DNA of 64,000 nucleotides from Escherichia coli (GTDB lineage Bacteria; Pseudomonadota; Gammaproteobacteria; Enterobacterales; Enterobacteriaceae): NCBI RefSeq assembly GCF_003790525.1, contig NZ_CP033635.1; one strand, 5' to 3'. Shown piece by piece: positions 52,691 to 64,000 of this stretch (position 1 is its first letter; each line of letters starts with the position of its first letter). The notes under the pieces were generated by a model. It saw only the letters and a program-made list of their open reading frames with translations, ran no database searches and was not told where the DNA came from. The position numbers and the translations under genes were made by a program.

Positions 52691-53161
52691 TTACTCGATG
52701 ACGACCAGCGGCTCGTCAAATTCTACCGGTTGTCCACTTTCGACCAGAATTGCTTTCACGGTACCGGATTTGTCCGCTTCGATCTGGTTCATCATTTTCA
52801 TGGCTTCAACGATGCACAGGGTATCGCCCACGTTGACTTTCTGACCCACTTCGATGAACGCTTTTGCGTCCGGGCTTGGGGTGCGGTAGAAAGTACCAAC
52901 CATCGGGGAACGTACGATGTGACCACTGATTTCCGCTGCTGCTGGCGCTTCCATGGAAGGAACGGTCGCCGGAGCGGCTGCGTTAGATTGAGCTGGCTGC
53001 TGCATCATTGGTGCAGCGTAAGCTTGTTGCATCACAGGGAAACTTGCGGCAGGAGCTGCACGGCTAATGCGTACTGACTCTTCGCCTTCAGAAATTTCCA
53101 GTTCGGAGATGCCTGATTCTTCAACCAGCTCGATCAGTTTTTTAATCTTACGAATATCCAT
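52691..53161 (-). CDS. accB: biotin carboxyl carrier protein
   Basis: 156 aa, [46 protein letters not shown]... with Ala/Pro-rich linker and biotinyl-lysine motif [10 protein letters not shown]. Confidence 0.98.
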
Positions 53162-53930
53162 GAGTGGGTTCCGTACTCTTTGTTTAGTGTGATTGTGACA
53201 GGCGTTTCACCGCCGTCTGTAAAGCGTATGCCCCGACAGCTGTATGCATAGCGATAAATTCCAGCAGGCCGGGACGCCGGTCTATTTTGCCCCAGAGTGT
53301 CAATGTTAGACTTGACGGACATTGTGCAGCGATCTGCTGCTATCCTCCGGCAAAAAACAAAATATACCTTCGTTGCGCCAATGTCACCTTTTCCGCAGCG
53401 CAAAAACTGCGTCAGGGAGGACGAGGTCGCACATTATAACGATTTCGTAGCAATTGGCAGCTAAATACTGGTCTTATCAGGGAAGATAATCAACAGCTAA
53501 CATGTAAATAACCTTCAACACCGTGTAATTTGCAACAAGCCGCACAATTCACGAAATTAGCGCCATCATCGACGGAACTTCTTATAACGTAAGGTGAAAA
53601 GCTGTAAAGCCAGCCCTGCGAAGATGAGGGGCTGCAATGAGATAATCTTCACAGACCACAAATAATGTAGGGATGCCAGGATCGCGACAAGATAGACGAC
53701 ATTACGCAGCGGTTGCTGGGGATTACCCAATTTTCACTGCATCGTCTGGATAGATGTGAATGCTAAAGCACGCAAAATCAACCGCCTGATAATGCTCAGC
53801 ATGAAATAGGTTTAAGTGGTTAATTTGTAATCAAATAAAATCAGATTATTCCCCCCATTTTGCAGAAGGTAAACTGTTTTGTCAGGCGGCAGTGCGGCTA
53901 TGTGATGCATTCAGAATTTGCCGCGTGACA

Positions 53931-53961
53931 ATAAAAAAGCCGATTTGGTGGCAAAATCGGC
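53931..53961 (-). terminator. rho-independent terminator downstream of the 276-aa ORF
   Basis: Plus strand aaaaaaGCCGATTT-ggtggca-AAATCGGC; on the minus strand an 8-bp stem followed by UUUUUUAU, 65 bp beyond the ORF stop. Confidence 0.75.
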
Positions 53962-54026
53962 TTCGGTGAGTTTGCAGCATTCATCACATACTCCGACAAG
54001 CTTTTTCAAGCATGACGGAGGTTGCG

Positions 54027-54857
54027 TTAATGCAAGGTTTCTACCCAGGGATAAAAGTGACCGTTACGGCGGATGAATATCTGTGTTGTCAGAGGATGGT
54101 CATCCTCACGGAAGCATTGTTCTGTTAACTGTCGTAATGCGCTGAGATTTGCTGGCTGATCATTGTAGGTGAAAAACAGTTTTCCTCTGGAGGGAACAGT
54201 CACTAACAGGTCGCCGCATTCAGGATCGGGTGATTGCACCCAAAGATCGTCAATGAGCATCAGACTGGGCTCATAAGTACCCCCTGCGGAGATAACGGCA
54301 ACTTTTCCAGCGTTTGCGCCTGTATCAACGATTTCAGCCGAAACTTCCGGCAATATTTGCTTCAAATTATTGATGGCTTGTTCGCGGTCAATGGTCACTT
54401 CGTAGCGCATCAGATAGCGCATGGTTTCGCTACCATCTTCAGCAAACAAGATAATTAACTCATCGTTAAAGTCTTCCCAGGCAAAATCCAGCGAGGCGTT
54501 GAGGATCTCTGGATCAGATTCATACTGGCTAAGCTGTTGGCGAACGGTATCCAGCCAGGCTTTTTCTTTAATCACCGGAACAATACAGCGCCCGGTCGGC
54601 AGCATTTCTGCAAGCTGTTTCAGCATATCTGCAGCCACTTCTTCCAGCGGGTCTGGTGCGGCTTGATAACGTTTGTAGGCATCATCAAGAGTGATTTCCA
54701 CCGTTTGGTGACCCGTATCAATGCGCATCAATTTATGGTCAGTCGAAATCATGACTTTCCAGTTTGGATGATGTTGTACAACTTCATGACCAAGATGTTC
54801 GACGAAAGCTGTCCGGCTAACCGCTTTTCCCGTTAACCGATTGAATAATGATTTCAA
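54027..54857 (-). CDS. hypothetical cytoplasmic protein, 276 aa, function unknown
   Basis: Uninterrupted ORF with E. coli-like composition; TTG start 8 nt after GAGGG, 36 bp downstream of acuI on the same strand; no signal peptide or TM segment; a by-eye resemblance to the DUF1444/YtpQ family (e.g. GDLLVTVPSRGKLFF) is unverified. Confidence 0.65.
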   Translation of the reverse strand: MKSLFNRLTGKAVSRTAFVEHLGHEVVQHHPNWKVMISTDHKLMRIDTGHQTVEITLDDAYKRYQAAPDPLEEVAADMLKQLAEMLPTGRCIVPVIKEKAWLDTVRQQLSQYESDPEILNASLDFAWEDFNDELIILFAEDGSETMRYLMRYEVTIDREQAINNLKQILPEVSAEIVDTGANAGKVAVISAGGTYEPSLMLIDDLWVQSPDPECGDLLVTVPSRGKLFFTYNDQPANLSALRQLTEQCFREDDHPLTTQIFIRRNGHFYPWVETLH

Positions 54858-54893
54858 AATGAGTTCCCTCTCTTATTAATCCTTGCTAAATGG

Positions 54894-55868
54894 TTAGTTA
54901 ACCTTCACCAGCGTGCGCCCCTGGATCTGGTTATTAATGATGGCCTCGGCAAACTTCGGTGCCTCTGCCAGAGATATCTCTTTTGCCGCCTGGGTATAGA
55001 ATGATTCCGGTAAATCGGCGACCAATCGCTGCCAGGCTTGTGCGCGGCGTGCTGGTGGCGTCATTACTGAATCCACCCCCTGTAAACGGACATTACGCAG
55101 AATAAATGGCATGACCGTGGTTGGCAGAGTAAAACCACCCGCCAGACCACAGGCCGCCACGCAGCCGCCGTAATTCATTTGCGCCAGCACTTTTGCCAGC
55201 ACTTTGTCGCCAACGGTGTCAATTGCCCCAGCCCAGACTTGTTTTTCCAGAGGACGGGATTCGGCAAACTCATCGCGAGGGAGAATACGGCTGGCACCTA
55301 AACTTTTCAGATATTCATGGGTACTTTCGCGACCGGAAACGGCAACGACCTGATAACCCAACTTATGCAGCAGCGCCACGGCGGTACTGCCGACGCCACC
55401 ACTGGCACCCGTCACGACAATCTCCCCATCCTGCGGGCGAACACCGGCATCTTCCAGCGCCATCACACACAACATGGCGGTAAAACCGGCAGTACCGATA
55501 ATCATTGCTTTACGCGCGTCCAGCCCTTGCGGCATGGCAACCAGCCAGTCACCTTTCACTCGCGCCTGTTCCGCCAGCCCACCCCAGTGGTTTTCACCAA
55601 CGCCCCAGCCAGTGAGTAACACCTCCTGACCGGCATGAAAACGCGGATCTTCGCTGGTGCGTACAGTTCCGGCAAAATCGATCCCAGGAATCATCGGAAA
55701 ATTACGGATGATTTTTCCCTTACCGGTAATTGCCAGCGCATCTTTGTAGTTCAGGCTCGACCAGTGAACATCAACCGTGACATCGCCCTCCGGCAGGCGA
55801 CTTTCGTCCAGAGTCTGTACCGATGCGAGAGTTTTGCCGTCCTGCTGTTCTAAAAGTAACGCCTGCAT
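54894..55868 (-). CDS. acuI: NADPH-dependent acrylyl-CoA reductase / quinone-oxidoreductase-like protein
   Basis: 324 aa (YhdH), MQALLLEQQDGKTLASVQTLDESRLPEGDVTVDVHWSSLNYKDALAITGKGKIIRNFPMIPGIDFAGTV... Confidence 0.93.
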   Translation of the reverse strand: MQALLLEQQDGKTLASVQTLDESRLPEGDVTVDVHWSSLNYKDALAITGKGKIIRNFPMIPGIDFAGTVRTSEDPRFHAGQEVLLTGWGVGENHWGGLAEQARVKGDWLVAMPQGLDARKAMIIGTAGFTAMLCVMALEDAGVRPQDGEIVVTGASGGVGSTAVALLHKLGYQVVAVSGRESTHEYLKSLGASRILPRDEFAESRPLEKQVWAGAIDTVGDKVLAKVLAQMNYGGCVAACGLAGGFTLPTTVMPFILRNVRLQGVDSVMTPPARRAQAWQRLVADLPESFYTQAAKEISLAEAPKFAEAIINNQIQGRTLVKVN

Positions 55869-56019
55869 AAGTGGTCCTCATGTGCATGATGGATTGGAAA
55901 ATAATTTCTGAAGACTATACTCGCTAATGGAAAAGCAAAGCCGATGAAGCGCAATAAATTGCGAGATAAATCTGATTTGCTAGTATGCCCGCTTCCTCAC
56001 TATCGGAGTTAACACAAGG

Positions 56020-57960
56020 ATGAGATTAACGACGAAATTTTCGGCCTTTGTTACGCTGCTCACCGGGTTAACAATTTTTGTGACTTTGCTGGGCTGTTCG
56101 CTAAGTTTCTACAACGCCATTCAGTATAAGTTTAGTCATCGTGTTCAGGCGGTGGCGACGGCGATCGATACCCACCTGGTGTCGAATGACTTCAGCACAT
56201 TAAGGCCACAAATTACCGAATTAATGATGTCGGCAGATATCGTTCGTGTAGACCTGCTCCATGGTGATAAGCAGGTTTATACCCTGGCCAGAAATGGTAG
56301 TTATCGTCCGGTTGGCACCAACGATCTATTTCGTGAACTGAGCGTTCCGTTGATAAAGCATCCGGGGATGTCGCTGCGTCTGGTTTATCAGGATCCGATG
56401 GGCAACTATTTCCATTCGTTGATGACCACCGCGCCGCTCACGGGGGCGATTGGCTTTATCATTCTTATGCTCTTCCTGGCGGTACGCTGGTTACAACGGC
56501 AACTTGCCGGGCAAGAATTGCTGGAAACCCGGGCTACTCGTATCTTAAACGGTGAGCGTGGCTCTAATGTGTTGGGAACCATCTATGAATGGCCGCCCAG
56601 AACCAGCAGTGCGCTGGATACGCTGCTTCGTGAAATTCAGAACGCACGCGAACAACACAGCCGTCTTGATACGCTGATCCGCTCTTATGCCGCCCAGGAC
56701 ATGAAAACCGGCCTCAATAACCGACTCTTCTTCGATAATCAGTTAGCAACGTTACTGGAAGATCAGGAGAAAGTAGGTACCCACGGGATCGTGATGATGA
56801 TTCGTCTGCCGGATTTCAATATGTTGAGTGATACCTGGGGGCACAGCCAGGTTGAAGAACAGTTCTTCTCTCTGACGAATCTGCTGTCGACATTTATGAT
56901 GCGCTACCCTGGCGCACTGCTGGCGCGTTACCACCGCAGTGATTTTGCTGCGCTGTTACCGCACCGAACGTTAAAAGAGGCAGAGAGCATCGCCAGTCAG
57001 TTAATCAAAGCCGTCGATACCTTGCCGAACAATAAAATGCTCGATCGCGACGATATGATCCACATTGGTATCTGTGCCTGGCGTAGTGGTCAGGATACCG
57101 AGCAGGTAATGGAACATGCAGAGTCTGCCACGCGTAATGCGGGATTGCAGGGCGGCAATAGCTGGGCTATTTACGATGACTCGTTGCCTGAAAAAGGACG
57201 CGGTAATGTTCGCTGGCGTACGCTTATCGAGCAAATGCTGAGTCGCGGCGGCCCGCGCCTTTATCAAAAACCGGCGGTTACTCGCGAAGGTCAGGTTCAT
57301 CATCGCGAACTCATGTGCCGCATCTTCGATGGTAATGAAGAGGTTAGCTCGGCGGAGTATATGCCGATGGTCTTGCAGTTTGGCTTATCGGAAGAGTATG
57401 ACCGCCTGCAAATCAGCCGTCTGATTCCACTATTGCGTTACTGGCCGGAGGAAAATCTGGCGATTCAGGTTACCGTTGAGTCGCTGATTCGCCCGCGTTT
57501 TCAGCGTTGGCTGCGCGATACGTTAATGCAATGTGAAAGATCGCAACGAAAACGCATAATTATTGAACTTGCAGAGGCCGATGTAGGTCAACATATCAGT
57601 CGCTTACAACCTGTTATTCGTTTAGTGAATGCTTTAGGGGTACGGGTAGCCGTCAACCAGGCTGGTTTGACGCTGGTAAGCACCAGTTGGATCAAAGAAC
57701 TTAATGTTGAGTTACTCAAGCTCCATCCGGGGCTGGTCAGAAACATTGAGAAGCGAACGGAGAACCAGCTGCTGGTTCAAAGCCTGGTGGAAGCCTGCTC
57801 CGGGACCAGCACCCAGGTTTACGCCACCGGCGTGCGTTCGCGAAGCGAGTGGCAGACCCTGATTCAGCGCGGTGTTACAGGTGGGCAAGGGGATTTTTTC
57901 GCGTCCTCACAGCCACTTGATACTAACGTGAAAAAATATTCACAAAGATACTCGGTTTAA
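56020..57960 (+). CDS. csrD: CsrD, degenerate GGDEF-EAL regulator of CsrB/CsrC turnover
   Basis: 646 aa with N-terminal TM segments; degenerate GGDEF (HRSDF) and EAL (ELM) motifs visible in the translation. Confidence 0.95.
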   Translation: MRLTTKFSAFVTLLTGLTIFVTLLGCSLSFYNAIQYKFSHRVQAVATAIDTHLVSNDFSTLRPQITELMMSADIVRVDLLHGDKQVYTLARNGSYRPVGTNDLFRELSVPLIKHPGMSLRLVYQDPMGNYFHSLMTTAPLTGAIGFIILMLFLAVRWLQRQLAGQELLETRATRILNGERGSNVLGTIYEWPPRTSSALDTLLREIQNAREQHSRLDTLIRSYAAQDMKTGLNNRLFFDNQLATLLEDQEKVGTHGIVMMIRLPDFNMLSDTWGHSQVEEQFFSLTNLLSTFMMRYPGALLARYHRSDFAALLPHRTLKEAESIASQLIKAVDTLPNNKMLDRDDMIHIGICAWRSGQDTEQVMEHAESATRNAGLQGGNSWAIYDDSLPEKGRGNVRWRTLIEQMLSRGGPRLYQKPAVTREGQVHHRELMCRIFDGNEEVSSAEYMPMVLQFGLSEEYDRLQISRLIPLLRYWPEENLAIQVTVESLIRPRFQRWLRDTLMQCERSQRKRIIIELAEADVGQHISRLQPVIRLVNALGVRVAVNQAGLTLVSTSWIKELNVELLKLHPGLVRNIEKRTENQLLVQSLVEACSGTSTQVYATGVRSRSEWQTLIQRGVTGGQGDFFASSQPLDTNVKKYSQRYSV

Positions 57961-58138
57961 CCTGCCGTTTAATCCGTTTTCACGTAGAATAACGCGCGCT
58001 GCGTCTCATGGGAGTGTGCTTGTCTGCTCGCCAGATTGTTGCAGCACATATGCAGATGAATGACCTTACGCGGTTGCAAACAGGCGAGGAATGCTGCTGA
58101 TGCATTAAGCCTTTCTGGACTCAGGCAGAGATTTGTAA

Positions 58139-59308
<1,170 letters not shown>

Positions 59309-59373
59309 TCGGATGCAGGCAGGGGAAGCGTCTGTTTACCCTGCCTGGTCTGATACGAGAATACGCATAACTT

Positions 59374-60965
<1,592 letters not shown>

Positions 60966-60973
60966 AGGTTTCT

Positions 60974-61567
60974 ATGACTTCTCTGTATTTAGCTTCCGGT
61001 TCTCCGCGTCGTCAGGAGTTACTTGCGCAACTTGGCGTAACCTTTGAACGTATTGTTACGGGCATTGAGGAGCAGCGTCAGCCGCAGGAGAGCGCGCAGC
61101 AATATGTTGTGCGTCTGGCGCGCGAGAAAGCACAGGCGGGTGTCGCGCAAACGGCGCAGGATCTCCCGGTGCTGGGTGCGGATACTATCGTTATCCTGAA
61201 TGGAGAAGTGCTGGAGAAACCGCGCGACGCAGAGCATGCGGTGCAGATGTTGCGCAAATTATCGGGTCAGACCCATCAGGTAATGACGGCAGTGGCGTTG
61301 GCCGACAGCCAGCACATTCTCGATTGCCTGGTGGTCACCGATGTGACTTTCAGAACGTTAACAGACGAAGACATCGCGGGCTATGTCGCCAGCGGTGAAC
61401 CGTTAGATAAAGCAGGTGCATACGGTATTCAGGGGCTGGGTGGCTGTTTTGTCAGGAAGATAAATGGCAGCTATCACGCCGTAGTCGGCTTACCGCTGGT
61501 TGAAACGTATGAATTATTAAGTAATTTTAACGCACTGCGTGAGAAAAGGGATAAACATGACGGCTGA
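60974..61567 (+). CDS. yhdE: Maf-family nucleotide pyrophosphatase
   Basis: 197 aa, [56 protein letters not shown]... Confidence 0.93.
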   Translation: MTSLYLASGSPRRQELLAQLGVTFERIVTGIEEQRQPQESAQQYVVRLAREKAQAGVAQTAQDLPVLGADTIVILNGEVLEKPRDAEHAVQMLRKLSGQTHQVMTAVALADSQHILDCLVVTDVTFRTLTDEDIAGYVASGEPLDKAGAYGIQGLGGCFVRKINGSYHAVVGLPLVETYELLSNFNALREKRDKHDG

Positions 61568-63026
61568 ATTGTTAGTAAACGTAACGCCTTCGGAAACGCG
61601 AGTGGCGTATATTGATGGCGGTATTCTGCAGGAAATTCATATTGAACGTGAGGCGCGACGCGGAATAGTAGGCAATATCTACAAGGGTCGTGTAAGTCGT
61701 GTACTTCCGGGTATGCAGGCGGCTTTTGTAGATATTGGGCTGGATAAAGCCGCGTTTCTTCATGCATCCGACATCATGCCGCACACCGAATGTGTGGCGG
61801 GTGAAGAACAAAAGCAATTCACGGTGCGCGACATCTCGGAGCTGGTCCGTCAGGGGCAAGATCTGATGGTGCAGGTGGTGAAAGATCCGCTTGGCACTAA
61901 AGGTGCGCGCCTGACCACCGATATCACGCTGCCTTCTCGCTATCTGGTGTTTATGCCAGGTGCTTCTCACGTTGGGGTATCCCAACGTATTGAAAGCGAA
62001 TCAGAACGTGAACGCCTGAAAAAAGTGGTCGCAGAGTATTGTGACGAGCAGGGCGGGTTTATCATCCGTACTGCAGCGGAAGGGGTTGGCGAGGCTGAAC
62101 TGGCCTCCGATGCCGCTTATCTGAAACGCGTCTGGACCAAAGTTATGGAGCGTAAAAAGCGCCCACAGACCCGTTATCAGCTGTACGGCGAACTGGCGCT
62201 GGCGCAGCGTGTTCTGCGTGATTTCGCCGACGCCGAACTCGACCGCATTCGCGTTGACTCACGCCTGACTTACGAAGCATTGCTGGAGTTTACCTCGGAG
62301 TACATTCCCGAGATGACCAGCAAGCTGGAGCATTACACCGGACGCCAGCCGATTTTCGATCTCTTTGATGTCGAAAACGAAATTCAGCGAGCGCTGGAAC
62401 GCAAAGTAGAACTGAAATCCGGTGGCTATCTGATTATCGACCAGACCGAAGCGATGACCACCGTGGACATCAATACCGGGGCGTTTGTCGGTCATCGCAA
62501 TCTGGACGACACCATTTTCAATACCAATATTGAAGCGACGCAGGCTATCGCTCGCCAGTTACGGTTGCGCAATCTGGGCGGGATTATCATTATTGATTTC
62601 ATCGACATGAATAATGAAGATCACCGTCGCCGCGTGTTGCATTCGCTGGAGCAGGCGTTGAGCAAAGACCGGGTGAAAACCAGCGTTAATGGTTTTTCGG
62701 CGCTGGGGCTGGTGGAGATGACGCGTAAACGCACCCGCGAAAGCATTGAGCACGTACTGTGTAACGAATGCCCAACCTGCCACGGTCGCGGAACGGTGAA
62801 AACCGTGGAAACGGTATGCTATGAAATCATGCGCGAGATTGTTCGTGTCCACCATGCTTACGACTCCGACCGTTTCCTGGTCTATGCTTCTCCGGCAGTA
62901 GCCGAAGCCTTGAAAGGCGAAGAGTCACACTCGCTGGCGGAAGTGGAAATTTTCGTTGGCAAACAGGTTAAAGTACAAATTGAACCGCTCTATAACCAGG
63001 AGCAGTTTGACGTCGTAATGATGTAA
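61557..63026 (+). CDS. rng: ribonuclease G (489 aa)
   Basis: ORF-track frame trimmed to ATG at 61557: [61 protein letters not shown]...; overlaps the yhdE stop. Confidence 0.96.
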
Positions 63027-63093
63027 ACAGATGCTGGGCCGCCATCCGGCAAAGGGTTTTTGAGTCACATTTTTAGCAGACAAGGAGTGACGG

Positions 63094-64000
63094 GTGAGGC
63101 GATTGCCGGGGATTTTACTGCTTACTGGAGCTGCGCTCGTTGTGATCGCTGCCCTGCTGGTTAGCGGCCTGCGTATTGCTTTACCGCATCTTGACGCCTG
63201 GCGTCCGGAAATCCTCAACAAAATAGAATCCGCGACTGGCATGCCGGTAGAAGCCAGTCAGCTCTCAGCCAGCTGGCAGAATTTTGGTCCGACGCTTGAA
63301 GCACACGACATCCGTGCAGAACTAAAAGATGGCGGCGAATTTTCGGTTAAACGCGTTACTCTTGCGCTAGATGTCTGGCAGAGCCTGTTACATATGCGCT
63401 GGCAGTTTCGCGACCTCACTTTCTGGCATCTGCGCTTTCGCACCAACACTCCTATCACCAGCGGCGGTGGTAATGATAGCCTGGAAGCCAGTCACATCAG
63501 CGATCTGTTTCTTCGTCAATTTGACCATTTCGATCTCCGCGACAGTGAAGTCAGTTTCCTGACGCCATCCGGTCAGCGCGCCGAGCTGGCGATCCCACAG
63601 CTCACCTGGCTGAACGATCCACGTCGACACCGTGCGGAAGGCCTGGTAAGCCTCTCCAGCCTTACCGGACAGCACGGCGTGATGCAGGTGCGTATGGATT
63701 TGCGCGATGATGAGGGGTTGTTAAGCAATGGTCGCGTCTGGCTCCAGGCGGATGACATCGACCTGAAGCCGTGGCTCGGTAAATGGATGCAGGACAATAT
63801 TGCGCTGGAAACGGCACAGTTCTCCCTTGAAGGCTGGATGACGATCGACAAAGGCGATGTAACCGGCGGTGACGTCTGGCTGAAACAGGGCGGTGCCAGC
63901 TGGTTGGGCGAGAAGGAAACACATACGCTGTCGGTGGATAATCTGACTGCGCATATTACGCGTGAAAATCCGGGATGGCAGTTCTCTATTCCCGATACAC
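63094..64000 (+). CDS. yhdP: AsmA-family envelope protein YhdP, N-terminal part (GTG start; continues beyond window)
   Basis: GTG at 63094 six nt after AAGGAG; hand translation (M)RRLPGILLLTGAALVVIAALLVSGLRIALPHLDAWRPEILNKIE... is open to the window end; missing from the ORF track because it has no stop in-window. Confidence 0.85.
   Translation, partial: MRRLPGILLLTGAALVVIAALLVSGLRIALPHLDAWRPEILNKIESATGMPVEASQLSASWQNFGPTLEAHDIRAELKDGGEFSVKRVTLALDVWQSLLHMRWQFRDLTFWHLRFRTNTPITSGGGNDSLEASHISDLFLRQFDHFDLRDSEVSFLTPSGQRAELAIPQLTWLNDPRRHRAEGLVSLSSLTGQHGVMQVRMDLRDDEGLLSNGRVWLQADDIDLKPWLGKWMQDNIALETAQFSLEGWMTIDKGDVTGGDVWLKQGGASWLGEKETHTLSVDNLTAHITRENPGWQFSIPDT

Noticed and set aside
53134..53403. 89-aa minus-strand ORF overlapping the accB start and leader
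   Set aside because: It overlaps the accB start codon region and its long 5' leader in another frame, with no RBS or conservation signal; most likely a chance frame.
63027..63093. Weak hairpin (gccg...cggc followed by aaagggttttt) after rng as a terminator
   Set aside because: The stem is only 4 bp and yhdP starts 67 bp downstream on the same strand; more likely part of the yhdP 5' region than a functional terminator.

Overview
This 64-kb window is a contiguous stretch of Escherichia coli-type core chromosome, collinear with the K-12 region around min 73-74 but in the opposite orientation. From start to end it holds: the 3' end of rpsG, fusA and tufA (str operon); bfd-bfr; a short prepilin-peptidase gene; the S10, spc and alpha ribosomal-protein operons (31 genes including secY and rpoA); yhdN-zntR-arfA; mscL; trkA-rsmB-fmt-def on the minus strand; dprA-smg-yrdD-tsaC-aroE-yrdB; yrdA; a complete rrnD-type rRNA operon (16S, tRNA-Ile, tRNA-Ala, 23S, 5S, tRNA-Thr, second 5S); the yhdWXYZ amino-acid ABC transporter; yhdV; acrEF with divergent acrS; yhdU; yhdJ; dusB-fis; prmA-panF-yhdT; accBC; acuI (yhdH); csrD; mreBCD-yhdE-rng; and the start of yhdP. 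I found no IS elements, prophage genes, integrases or CRISPR arrays, and no convincing novel multi-gene system; this is an ordinary housekeeping region. The points worth a second look are modest: (1) a 276-aa uncharacterised ORF with a TTG start and its own terminator between acuI and the accB promoter region, which I do not recognise as a K-12 gene; (2) acrF split into two ORFs by a frameshift consistent with loss of one 7-bp repeat unit; (3) absence of the gsp type II secretion cluster and chiA at the tufA-bfr-rpsJ locus, leaving only a short prepilin-peptidase homologue; (4) a sigma-54-type promoter upstream of yhdW; (5) the arfA 3' hairpin and its 4-nt convergent overlap with mscL. All coordinates for RNA genes, trimmed starts, promoters and terminators were read by hand from the sequence; no database search was run.
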